DNA of 61,502 bases, filler included, from Bdellovibrionota bacterium (GCA_963169515.1; 7 parts of 7 records of this genome joined end to end with filler, not necessarily neighbours in it); one strand, 5' to 3'; positions 1 through 9,275 are shown, counted from the first letter of the whole stretch. Translations and numbers: made by a program. Notes: generated by a model not told the origin, from the letters alone.

Positions 1-453
1 ACCGAAGGTAAACATCTTGTGGGGGCATTTGAATTCCTGCGGTTGCTGGCGTGCGCTCTGCTAATCCAACGCTTATTCTGAGGCTTTCGAGTGGCAGATT
101 TTCTTTTACGTAATCTGTAGTGCTGGAAAAGAGCACGAGGTCATTTGTCGGATGATAAACGGGCGAGGCATCGACGCCGGCATTAAAGCTGACCCGGTGC
201 TCTTTTTTTGTTGTAAGGTCCATTTCGTATATCTGTCCGGCCTTGTGATTTTCACGATCACCGCTTACATAAACGATTTTGGTTTGAGTCGGATGAAAAT
301 TGCCCTGGACATTCGTTCCGACAGACGTCAGTTGGTACATTTCAAGTTCATGAGAATCTTTTAGCGCGGACACAGAGTATTCGTTCGTTTTTGTTGTTGT
401 TGAACAACCAAAACCAATCCCCAAGGAAATGATAGAAATCAAAAGGAATATTT
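1..453 (-). CDS. TolB-like (PD40/beta-propeller) lipoprotein, 3' partial; start codon uncertain (possible TTG at 442)
   Basis: Stop-free minus frame absent from the ORF track: KYSFLISIISLGIGFGC-STTT...QGNFHPTQTKIVYVS...QIYEMDL...RVSFNAGVDASPVYHP; lipobox-like FGC; runs off the window. Confidence 0.6.
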
Positions 454-1425
454 TTAAAAAAGATGCAGATGGAGAGCTTTTTGTACAAGGGACAACGGAA
501 TGTATTTTTTGATGTCTTGTAATGGGACCCATCGTATATTTCTTTTCGGAAATTTCTTCTGTGATTTGATTTTTTCTAGACGCGCTTTCACATAAATTTC
601 GTAATGGGTGACATTATGTTTGTAATCAAAGTTTGATGGCGGTCTTTTTAGGCGGCGTGCCTTTCCCGGCAATAGAGTTTGGCCTTTTAAAAATGGAGCA
701 TAATCGTTTTCAGCAAGAGCTAGGCGTTTTTTGTAAATCAAAAGTCGAGGAGACCACTCCCAAATTTCCTTTGTCTTTCTTGGCTTTGGTACGGGGAGTA
801 TATGAGCTTCATGCCTTTTAAATGCAATACAATCCTGTCGCAAGGGGCAGAGTAGGCAGGCCGGTTTTTTAGGCGAACAGAGGGTTGCCCCCAGTTCCAT
901 CATGGCCTGATTCAAAATGCTGCTGTCTTCATTTTGAACCCATTGATCGGCCAAGGTTTGAAGGCGTTCGCGATTTTTTTTCTCCCACCAGTTTAGTTTG
1001 AGTCCGTTCAAGCGGCATAAAATGCGAATGACGTTACCATCTAAAACACCGACGGGCTCTTTGAAAGCGAGGCTTGCAACCGAACGAGAAGTGTATGGGC
1101 CAAATCCTTTGAATTTAATTAGCTCAGCGTAAGTTTTGGGGAATGGAATTTTTGAAAGGTCTTGTGCGGCGGCATGAAGATTTTTTGCGCGAGAATAATA
1201 TCCCAAGCCTGACCATGCTTCGAGAACGTCTTCAATTGGCGCATTTGCAAGAGAGCCTAATGTTGGAAATTTTTTTGTAAATTTCTCATAATAAGGTATG
1301 ACGGCTGTTGATGTTGTCTGTTGCAACATGACTTCCGACACCCAAATTAAGTAAGGATCCTGTGTTTTACGCCACGGTAACGGCCGCGCCTGCTGCAGAT
1401 ACCATTGCCTAAGCCGCTTTTGCAT
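454..1425 (-). CDS. mutY: A/G-specific adenine glycosylase MutY
   Basis: LPWR, SEVMLQQT, GLGYYSRA, LDGNV and C-x6-C-x2-C-x5-C 4Fe-4S motif. Confidence 0.95.
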   Translation of the reverse strand: MQKRLRQWYLQQARPLPWRKTQDPYLIWVSEVMLQQTTSTAVIPYYEKFTKKFPTLGSLANAPIEDVLEAWSGLGYYSRAKNLHAAAQDLSKIPFPKTYAELIKFKGFGPYTSRSVASLAFKEPVGVLDGNVIRILCRLNGLKLNWWEKKNRERLQTLADQWVQNEDSSILNQAMMELGATLCSPKKPACLLCPLRQDCIAFKRHEAHILPVPKPRKTKEIWEWSPRLLIYKKRLALAENDYAPFLKGQTLLPGKARRLKRPPSNFDYKHNVTHYEIYVKARLEKIKSQKKFPKRNIRWVPLQDIKKYIPLSLVQKALHLHLF

Positions 1426-1428
1426 GAA

Positions 1429-1526
1429 AAAAAGGTACGCCGTTCCCTTTCAGGAGACAACGCATTATTTGTTTGAGACACGGATCATAATGCGTTGTCT
1501 CCTGAAAGGGAACGGCGTACCTTTTT
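1429..1526. repeat. Perfect 40-bp inverted repeat with 18-bp spacer (REPIN/MITE-like)
   Basis: 1429-1468 AAAAAGGTACGCCGTTCCCTTTCAGGAGACAACGCATTAT is the exact reverse complement of 1487-1526. Confidence 0.95.
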
Positions 1527-1529
1527 CTG

Positions 1530-2456
1530 ATGGAATATAAACAGCTTAGTGGTCGTGAGTTTCCTCGTTTTTCTGGTATCAAAACTTTTTTTCGATTGCC
1601 TCACGTTCAGTCTAATTCCGACTATGAAATTGGGATTGTTGGGGTCCCCTTTGACGGCGGAACATCTTACAGACCAGGCGCTCGTTTTGGTCCCTCCGCA
1701 ATCCGAAATATCTCTTCATTAGGCCGAGGATTTCATTGGGGGCGTGAGAAGCACATTTTTGAATCAGCAAAAGTAGCTGATATTGGGGATTGTTCGACAG
1801 TTCCGATCAGCTTGGAAAAAACTCATAAAAAAATCGAAGAATTTTTCTCTCCGCTTGTAAAAGATGACAAAAAATTTATTGCAGTTGGTGGAGATAATTC
1901 TATAACCCTTCCGATTTTGCGTGCGCTTAGCAAAACGAGAAAACAAAAACTAAATATCATACATTTCGATGCCCACTTCGACACGTATCCCGCGGCCTGG
2001 GATTGCGAATACCATCATGGAACATTTTTAAGAAATGCTATTGAAGAGGGGCTTGTCGATCCTAAAAACACCGTGCAAATCGGTATGCGCGGACCATTTG
2101 TGGATTATAAAGATGCTGAATATTCCAAGAAAAATAAAATCACTGTTTTCAACATGGATGATATTCGTAAAAAATCGATTCAAGAATTTGTAAAAAAACT
2201 CCCAAAATTTGATAAGGGTTTAACCTATATTTGTTTTGATATTGATTGTTTGGACCCAGCGTATGCTCCAGGTACGGGCACCCCTGTCCCTGGTGGGCTT
2301 ACCACCTATGAAACTCAACAAATTTTGAGAGCTCTGAAAATCAAGAACTTAGCGGGTTGCGATCTCGTCGAGGTTTCGCCAGCCTATGACCATGCCGATC
2401 TTACTACGCTTGCAGCCATGGACACTATATTTGAGATGCTGGGGTTGATGGTGTAA
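1530..2456 (+). CDS. speB: Agmatinase / ureohydrolase family protein
   Basis: GVPFD, RPGARFGP, DAHFD, HGT, DIDCLDP, APGTGTP; GGDNS instead of GGDHS. Confidence 0.85.
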   Translation: MEYKQLSGREFPRFSGIKTFFRLPHVQSNSDYEIGIVGVPFDGGTSYRPGARFGPSAIRNISSLGRGFHWGREKHIFESAKVADIGDCSTVPISLEKTHKKIEEFFSPLVKDDKKFIAVGGDNSITLPILRALSKTRKQKLNIIHFDAHFDTYPAAWDCEYHHGTFLRNAIEEGLVDPKNTVQIGMRGPFVDYKDAEYSKKNKITVFNMDDIRKKSIQEFVKKLPKFDKGLTYICFDIDCLDPAYAPGTGTPVPGGLTTYETQQILRALKIKNLAGCDLVEVSPAYDHADLTTLAAMDTIFEMLGLMV

Positions 2457-2475
2457 TTGTCTCATTTTGAGACAA
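2457..2475. promoter_or_regulatory. Palindromic operator-like site TTGTCTCA-N3-TGAGACAA
   Basis: Perfect 8-bp dyad just upstream of a sigma28-like promoter; degenerate copy near 14947. Confidence 0.55.
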
Positions 2476-2502
2476 AAATACAGAAACTAGGTCATGTCTT
2501 AC

Positions 2503-2529
2503 TTTAGTCCAGATTCAAAAATGCCGAAT
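2503..2529 (+). promoter_or_regulatory. Putative sigma28 (FliA)-type promoter of the pilin-like operon
   Basis: TTTAG-N16-CCGAAT; same spacing as three other sites in this window. Confidence 0.5.
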
Positions 2530-2548
2530 AGTTATAGATAGGTACGGT

Positions 2549-3427
2549 ATGAATTGGTTCTATAATTTGCGTCAAAATGAATTCGGATTTTCGATGATCG
2601 AAACAATCATCGCGGCTGGAATTGGAGTTCTTTTAGTTTTGGTATTGAGCTCCATGGTCACAATGCAAAAAATTGCTACGAATTCAAATTTACAAAGTTA
2701 TGAGGTTACTTTTTTGAATCATGAAATTCATGAGTTCCTAAAAGACACAAGTACATGCCGAAAAAATTTCTCAGGACTTGATCCAAATGCAGCAAGCCCT
2801 CCGATCTTGGCAATAAGGAATCCATCTGACGCTGTTATTTACAATACTACCGATTTATATAGCAACAACGCCATAAAAATTAAAAACGTCGTGTTCGGTG
2901 ATGCGACAGCTACGGTTCCTGCAACTGGTGAAGGTGAAACTAACTTGAGCATTACTTATCAACGTGATGGAAGTTTTATTGGTTCATCAGAAGCAAAGCG
3001 AACATTTTATGTCTATGTTCGTACCAGCGGGGGCCTGGTAACAGATTGTTCAACACAAAGCTTTATAGTGGGCGCCGACCCCAAATTAGAGAGGGTTGAT
3101 CGCATCTCATGCACAGCGCCTCGTAATGGCGCCTGCCAAAATTTTACGGATGCAAGCCTTGGATATGATTTTTGTTCATTGTCAGAGGTACGCTCGGGCG
3201 GTGACGAAGGTGGTGGGCAAGATGAATGTCGCGTTGATCGCATTTCCGATGGACGCTGGCGGGTCAGTGCACGTCGGGGAGATGATCCGCCGATTGTTTG
3301 CGCTGCAAGCTGTATTGATTTTGATGGGGTCGTGCAAGCAGTAGCCCCGGTGCCAACACCAGAGCCGATCGGGGACTCATCGTGGGATCCTTGCTCAGGA
3401 AGTGGGTGGACATGTTACACTCCATAA
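2549..3427 (+). CDS. Type IV pilin-like protein with C-terminal Cys-rich domain
   Basis: Class III signal G|FSMIE plus hydrophobic helix; shared GGDEGGG/RGDD domain. Confidence 0.8.
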   Translation: MNWFYNLRQNEFGFSMIETIIAAGIGVLLVLVLSSMVTMQKIATNSNLQSYEVTFLNHEIHEFLKDTSTCRKNFSGLDPNAASPPILAIRNPSDAVIYNTTDLYSNNAIKIKNVVFGDATATVPATGEGETNLSITYQRDGSFIGSSEAKRTFYVYVRTSGGLVTDCSTQSFIVGADPKLERVDRISCTAPRNGACQNFTDASLGYDFCSLSEVRSGGDEGGGQDECRVDRISDGRWRVSARRGDDPPIVCAASCIDFDGVVQAVAPVPTPEPIGDSSWDPCSGSGWTCYTP

Positions 3428-4278
3428 AAAACCAATTTGGGTTTACCCTCATAGGAACAATTATTGCGGCGAGCATCGGGCTCGTAATTGCATTAGGGGT
3501 CACCTATTTTTCAACTATGCAGGCGCGTTCAGAGAGCGAAACCTATCAAAAATATGATCTCATCGGACTGCAGGAAAGCATTCAAGAGACATTAAGAAAC
3601 TCAAGCGCGTGTGTAAATAACTTTCAGGCGATGAATCCGAACGCGGCCAATAACATGACTCAGATTGTAGATGAAAATGGTAGCGTCGTCGTGAGTACGG
3701 CCGGAACTTATTCTTTCGGGACCCTCGTGTTTACTGGAGCTACATTTGGGAACAGCAGTCCCGCCATTTCCTCAGGCGGAACCGGTATGGCTACATTGGC
3801 AATAAAATTTGAATTAAAAAGCCAAGGTGGCTCACGTCAGATAGAGCGAAAAATAAAAGTGTTTGTTCAAAATTCTGGAGGGGTTGTTGCGGGCTGCTCT
3901 TCAGAACGGATGTATACAGGCGAGGCTGACTTCAGCAATGCTAGAATGGATCGGGTAACGGTGATGGTTCCTCGAAACTCAACCCGGACGGCAGTGTCTG
4001 ATCCAACATACGCTTATGACTATTGCGCGCTGGCGGTTGTCCGTACAGGAGGTGACGAAGGTGGTGGTGGTGATACCTGCCGCGTGGATCGAATTGCAGA
4101 GGGCAAATTTCAAATCTACGGTAATAGGGGGGATGACCCTGCGATTGAATGTGCGATGAATTGCATGGATTTGGATGGCAAACAAGTTTCAATTCCTCCG
4201 CCGCCACCAGAAATCCCATTGTTTGATGGGGCCGATATTGATCCCTGTCATATCACGGGATGGGGAGTGTGCCCATGA
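3412..4278 (+). CDS. Type IV pilin-like paralogue 2
   Basis: ATG 3412 gives MLHSIKNQFG|FTLIG (E+5 replaced by G); same C-terminal domain. Confidence 0.8.
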   Translation: MLHSIKNQFGFTLIGTIIAASIGLVIALGVTYFSTMQARSESETYQKYDLIGLQESIQETLRNSSACVNNFQAMNPNAANNMTQIVDENGSVVVSTAGTYSFGTLVFTGATFGNSSPAISSGGTGMATLAIKFELKSQGGSRQIERKIKVFVQNSGGVVAGCSSERMYTGEADFSNARMDRVTVMVPRNSTRTAVSDPTYAYDYCALAVVRTGGDEGGGGDTCRVDRIAEGKFQIYGNRGDDPAIECAMNCMDLDGKQVSIPPPPPEIPLFDGADIDPCHITGWGVCP

Positions 4279-5711
4279 GAGGTTCAGTTATTCTTTCCAT
4301 TCTAATTACATTTGTCGTCGCGGCCATAGTAATCATGGGCTTGAGTGCTTTGAATAAGGTTCAAGGTAACGCGGCGGCGTTTACAATGTATAAGTACGAA
4401 ATGGATTACATGGATGCAAATGTTCGTAACTTTTTATTTACTCCCTCTAATTGTATAAAAAATTTCAGTGGCAGAGACCCCAATATAAAGAGTTCGTTGA
4501 TAACGTCGATAGTGGACCCATCAGACACTGTAAAATATAGCAACTCATTATCGTATGGGAACGGACTTCTTCGCATCCATGGTTTTGAGTTTGGAGATCC
4601 TGCTAGCGCAGTTCCAACCAACGGAACCGGAACCACTTTTTTAAATGTTGTTTACGAAAAGCAAAAGGATGCATTGGGCGCAAAACAAGTTGCACGTCCT
4701 ATAGTGATTAATGTGACAACCGTTGCTGGTGCCGTCACTAATTGTAGTGCGGCTGTACTTACGCCACCTGTAGCGAGCGATACGAAAGTGGAACGAGTAG
4801 ATAGGTACGCGTGTGTAGCCCCACGCAAAGGTGTCTGCGAACAATTAACCGGCACGGCATATTCGTATGAGATGTGTTCGCTTGCAACAGTCCGAAGCGG
4901 CGGCGATGAGGGCGGAGGCGAAGACGTTTGCCGCGTTGATCAAATGATTGATGGCCAATGGAGAATTTACGGTCGCCGTGGCGATGATCCGGCAATTGAA
5001 TGTGCAATGTATTGTATAGACTTTGACACAGAAGACACGGACACCGCCGCTGACACGGCCCCACCCGCAGATGTGACAAGTGGACCACCAGCGGATGCGC
5101 CTGCACCAGTTTGGAAAGTTTCAAAAACGAAGGGGAATTGGATTTGTACGCAGCCTTGTGTAGGCCACCTTGGCACTGCATGTTCTCCAGGAGGGGCATA
5201 CAATGAATGTTATTATAGTTTTTGGGGAGCCGGTTCGCCTGCCTATGGTTGTGTTGAAACGCAATGTGCGATTGGTTCGGCTGTACCGAGCGCAACGGCT
5301 CCAACACCTTCGGCGGCAACCCCGACGCCTACACCAGACCCATCGTCGCCGTATGCGTGGACGATGGGGGGAGGCATTGCTTGGTCCACTGGTCATTCGA
5401 CACAAAGTTGTTCTGGGCTCGTGGGCTTACCGTGCGCTCCGTATGGAGATATTCAAGGGTGTTTTGTAACGGCAAATGGAGCAACATTGGCGTACAACAT
5501 TGGCTGCGGAGTGAGTCCGTCTGCACCGACCCCTGTGCCAGTGCCGTCACCGACTCCTGTGCCAACAGGGCACTGGGTTCTTGAATCAACGGAGTCAACG
5601 GGGTGTAAAAAGAAATTATGTCCGTTTTTAGGCAACCCATGCACAGTTGGTGATTATGCGTTTTGCTGCATACCTGCTGGCGTATCCAAAGATTATGTTT
5701 GCCAACCGTAA
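4275..5711 (+). CDS. Pilin-like paralogue 3 with extra Cys-rich repeats and Pro/Thr linkers
   Basis: ATGA overlap at 4275; MRG|SVILS hydrophobic N-terminus; same domain plus three Cys-rich modules. Confidence 0.75.
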   Translation: MRGSVILSILITFVVAAIVIMGLSALNKVQGNAAAFTMYKYEMDYMDANVRNFLFTPSNCIKNFSGRDPNIKSSLITSIVDPSDTVKYSNSLSYGNGLLRIHGFEFGDPASAVPTNGTGTTFLNVVYEKQKDALGAKQVARPIVINVTTVAGAVTNCSAAVLTPPVASDTKVERVDRYACVAPRKGVCEQLTGTAYSYEMCSLATVRSGGDEGGGEDVCRVDQMIDGQWRIYGRRGDDPAIECAMYCIDFDTEDTDTAADTAPPADVTSGPPADAPAPVWKVSKTKGNWICTQPCVGHLGTACSPGGAYNECYYSFWGAGSPAYGCVETQCAIGSAVPSATAPTPSAATPTPTPDPSSPYAWTMGGGIAWSTGHSTQSCSGLVGLPCAPYGDIQGCFVTANGATLAYNIGCGVSPSAPTPVPVPSPTPVPTGHWVLESTESTGCKKKLCPFLGNPCTVGDYAFCCIPAGVSKDYVCQP

Positions 5712-5712
5712 C

Positions 5713-8325
5713 TTAGGATAATAGCGAAATCAGTTTTGTTTCTGCCATATTAAAATCCTGGATGTTTGTTGCCGATCCTTGAGCAAAATCCGGTCTGCCG
5801 CCGCCTTTGCCCCCCATAATTGGCGCCACTTCCTGCAATAATTTTCCAGCATGATATTTTCCAACGAGATCTTTTGTGACGGTAATAATAATTGGATGGG
5901 CGTCCGCCCCCCGCCCCGCTACAAATACGATTCCTGTTTTAACCTTGTCGCGGAGTTTGTCGCTGATTGCACTGAGGGCGCCTTTGTCATCAATTTCCAG
6001 ACTCGCTGAAACAAACTTTCCATCTTTAAATGATTTTGCAGACGAGATCAAAGCATCTATATCCAGACTTTGTGAAGAAATATTTTGTAGTTTGCGCTCG
6101 AGAGTTTTGATTTCTTTTTTTCTATCTTCAATCCAATTTATAAGCGAGGCATTTTGTATTCCTGTCGCCAATTTAGCAGCGTTCAGTTGTTTTAATGCAT
6201 CTGTCATGGCATTCATCGCCTTGGTTCCAGTAATCGCTTCGATACGTCGCACGCCACGGCTTACGCCTGTTTCGCTTGTTATTAAAAATGCGCGAATAGA
6301 GGCCGTGTTCTTCACATGCGTCCCGCCACACAATTCAGTCGAGAAATCGCCCATTTTCAAAACACGAACCGAGTCCCCATACTTTTCTCCAAATAATGCT
6401 ATGGCCCCGGCCTTGATGGCGTCATCGTATTTCATCAATTTAGTTACAACCTCGACACCAAGACCGATTTGTTCGCTTACCAGGTCTTCGATTTTTTGAA
6501 TTTCATCGTCTGTAACGGGTTTGTCGTGAGTAAAATCAAAACGCAATCGATCCGAATCGACCAAGGAACCCGCTTGTGTGACGTGTTCCCCCAAAACTTT
6601 CCGTAGGGCCGCATGCATTAGGTGAGTTGCTGAATGGTTATTTGCGGTGTCCCTCCGCTTGGATTGGTGAACACTCAATTGAATTTGCTCTGAACTTTTT
6701 AAGGTCCCTTCCGAAATCTGGATGTGGTGAAGATAAACGCCATTTATTTGCGTGCAATTTAAAACGTGTCCCTTGCCTCCACGCCAAGAAACGTCTCCCG
6801 TATCACCGACTTGTCCTCCGCCTTCAGCGTAAAAGGGGGTAGCGTCAGTGACAATGATACCTTGATCGCCGTTGTTTAGCTGGTTAGTTTCCGTATCTTT
6901 ATTGGAAAGTTTTAATATTTTTGCTTCAGCGGAAGTCGTTTCGTATCCAACAAATTTGGTTTTTTCAACTTTTTGAGTCAATTCAATCAAGTGAGCCTGA
7001 TTCGAAGAGATCCCTTGGCCTTTCCACGATGCTTGCGACAGAGTTTTGGCTTTGGACATGGACTCTTCAAAGCCAGTTTCATCAATTTTGAATCCCTTTT
7101 CTTCGGCAATAATTCGTGTCAAGTCAGATGGGAAACCAAAGGTGTCATATAATTTAAAAACGGTCTCGCCTTTCAAAATGTCAGTTCCAGATTTTTTTAA
7201 TTTTCCGAGCTCGAAATTCAGAATATCTGTCCCCTGGTCCAAGGTTTTTAAGAAGGACTCTTCTTCGCTTTTTGCTGACTTTATGATTAATTTTTTTTGT
7301 GTTTCCAGTTCAGGATAAACAGCACCCATGTTTTTAATAACTTCCTCTACAAGAGGGACTAATAAAGATTTTGTTTTTGATAGGCTGCGACCATAACGAA
7401 TCGCCCGACGCATTATTCGTCGCAAAACGTAACCGCGTCCTTCATTTGTTGGTAATACGCCGTCAGCGATTAAAAATGCAGTTGTTCGAGCGTGATCGGC
7501 TAAAACGCGTTTTGCAATTCGAGTTTCAGGGGTATGAATTTCTGCAATCCTCTCTGCTTTTTTAATTAAATACGTGAAGAGATCCGTATCAAAGTTATCC
7601 GCAACATTTTGCAGTACCGACGTCATACGCTCCAAACCAGCGCCCGTATCCACAGAGGGTTTGGGGAGTGGATTAAGTTTTTTATTCTCATCTTCATAAA
7701 ATTGCATAAATACAAGATTCCAAATTTCAAAATAGCGGTCGTCGTCCTCTCCAAACTTGGCATCTTTTTTTCCGCTTCCAGAGCCTGGGCCCAAATCATA
7801 GTAAATTTCGGAGCATGGACCACATGGACCCGTGTCACCCATACGCCAAAAATTATCGGCCTCACCGCGGCGTTGGATCCGGTCTTTTGGAACGCCCTCC
7901 TGTTTATGCCAAATTTCTGCGGCCTCGTCGTCTGTTTCGAATACAGTGACATAAAGACGATTTTTATCCATTTTCAATTCGTTGGTTAACAGATCCCACG
8001 CAAAATGAATTGCATCTTTTTTAAAATAATCTCCGAACGAAAAATTTCCGAGCATTTCAAAAAATGTGTGGTGACGTGACGTGTGGCCAACTTGTTCAAG
8101 ATCATTATGCTTTCCACCGGCGCGAACACATTTTTGAGAAGTTGTTGCCCGTTTGTAAGAACGAGTTTCAAGACCTAAAAATAAATTTTTGAACTGATTC
8201 ATTCCCGCATTTGTAAAAAGTAGGGTGTTGTCACCGTCTGGGACCAAACGCGAGCTGCCAACAATGGTATGTTTGTTTTTTTCAAAATATTTTAAAAATG
8301 TATTTCTGACTTCTTTGCTTTTCAC
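5713..8325 (-). CDS. alaS: Alanine--tRNA ligase
   Basis: LLFTNAGMNQFK, HHTFFEMLGNFSFGDYFK, HSATH, ELCGGTHV, GGKGGG. Confidence 0.98.
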   Translation of the reverse strand: MKSKEVRNTFLKYFEKNKHTIVGSSRLVPDGDNTLLFTNAGMNQFKNLFLGLETRSYKRATTSQKCVRAGGKHNDLEQVGHTSRHHTFFEMLGNFSFGDYFKKDAIHFAWDLLTNELKMDKNRLYVTVFETDDEAAEIWHKQEGVPKDRIQRRGEADNFWRMGDTGPCGPCSEIYYDLGPGSGSGKKDAKFGEDDDRYFEIWNLVFMQFYEDENKKLNPLPKPSVDTGAGLERMTSVLQNVADNFDTDLFTYLIKKAERIAEIHTPETRIAKRVLADHARTTAFLIADGVLPTNEGRGYVLRRIMRRAIRYGRSLSKTKSLLVPLVEEVIKNMGAVYPELETQKKLIIKSAKSEEESFLKTLDQGTDILNFELGKLKKSGTDILKGETVFKLYDTFGFPSDLTRIIAEEKGFKIDETGFEESMSKAKTLSQASWKGQGISSNQAHLIELTQKVEKTKFVGYETTSAEAKILKLSNKDTETNQLNNGDQGIIVTDATPFYAEGGGQVGDTGDVSWRGGKGHVLNCTQINGVYLHHIQISEGTLKSSEQIQLSVHQSKRRDTANNHSATHLMHAALRKVLGEHVTQAGSLVDSDRLRFDFTHDKPVTDDEIQKIEDLVSEQIGLGVEVVTKLMKYDDAIKAGAIALFGEKYGDSVRVLKMGDFSTELCGGTHVKNTASIRAFLITSETGVSRGVRRIEAITGTKAMNAMTDALKQLNAAKLATGIQNASLINWIEDRKKEIKTLERKLQNISSQSLDIDALISSAKSFKDGKFVSASLEIDDKGALSAISDKLRDKVKTGIVFVAGRGADAHPIIITVTKDLVGKYHAGKLLQEVAPIMGGKGGGRPDFAQGSATNIQDFNMAETKLISLLS

Positions 8326-8330
8326 GGTGG

Positions 8331-8771
8331 TCAGGCCTTTTCATTCATAACGGTTTTACAAACGTCGTCTGTAAAACCTTTGTTGGCTAAGAACCTATAA
8401 ATAACCTTTTTTTGCTCAAATGTATATGGCGGACCGCTTCTGATTTTGCGCTCGGCAAGCACGCGAGCACTTTCAAGCTCGCTCTCTTTTTCAACGATGA
8501 CTTTTGGAAGTCCCTTTTTATGCAAATATTTATTCACGTACAGAATACCACGATTTTTTTGTTTCAGTTGTGCGGCAACCTTTTTTGCAAGCGCATCGGG
8601 TTCAGGGATCCAGCCGTGTCGAATCGCATATTCTATGGCGTCGCGTATTTCTTCAGTGGCAAAGCGTGTTTTCATTTTTTGTACAAGCTCGCGAATGGAG
8701 TGATCTCGCTTTGCAAGGTAGTCCATAACCTTTGTCAACGCTGTTTTCGTGGGTTTACGGGTACTTTTCAT
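8331..8771 (-). CDS. recX: Regulatory protein RecX
   Basis: YLAKRDHSIREL, RG, KKGL, FLANKGF; near recA and alaS. Confidence 0.85.
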   Translation of the reverse strand: MKSTRKPTKTALTKVMDYLAKRDHSIRELVQKMKTRFATEEIRDAIEYAIRHGWIPEPDALAKKVAAQLKQKNRGILYVNKYLHKKGLPKVIVEKESELESARVLAERKIRSGPPYTFEQKKVIYRFLANKGFTDDVCKTVMNEKA

Positions 8772-8810
8772 TGTATTCCTACTCTATATTAATTTATAAA
8801 CTAAGAATAG

Positions 8811-9275
8811 ATGAAACAAAAACTTATTCCCTTTCTTGCCACCTTTTTTTACGTCGGGAAAATTCCGATGGCACCGGGTACATTTGGGACCATTGCGACC
8901 TTACCCCTTTGGTATATTCTTTCTCATAACCTGAGTCCGATACCATACATGATGGCCGTTTTTGCATTGGTAATTGGTGCGATGGCTATTTGCGAGATGT
9001 ACGAGCGACAGGTGCCGGGCCATGATAATTCTGAGGTGGTTATAGATGAAGTGGTCGGCTTTTTGATTACGATGACTTGGGTTCCGGAAACTTGGAAAAG
9101 CGCTTTGGTTGGGTTTATTCTATTTCGTATTTTGGATATCACGAAACCCTTCCCCATAAGCTATCTTGATAAACGGGTAAAAGGCGGGGTAGGGGTTGTC
9201 ATAGACGATATTGCAGCCGGAATTTTGGCCAGCATTATTTTGCAAGGGATTTATAGTTATGGGCTTCTTAATTGA
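8811..9275 (+). CDS. pgpA: Phosphatidylglycerophosphatase A
   Basis: APGTFGT, VVIDEVVG, FRILDITKPFPI, DDIAAG. Confidence 0.92.
   Translation: MKQKLIPFLATFFYVGKIPMAPGTFGTIATLPLWYILSHNLSPIPYMMAVFALVIGAMAICEMYERQVPGHDNSEVVIDEVVGFLITMTWVPETWKSALVGFILFRILDITKPFPISYLDKRVKGGVGVVIDDIAAGILASIILQGIYSYGLLN

Noticed and set aside
2549..5711. Shufflon or diversity-generating retroelement explanation for the pilin triad
   Set aside because: All three are full-length and co-oriented; there are no inverted recombination sites, recombinase, reverse transcriptase or adenine-specific template/variable repeat pair; differences are largely synonymous-type divergence
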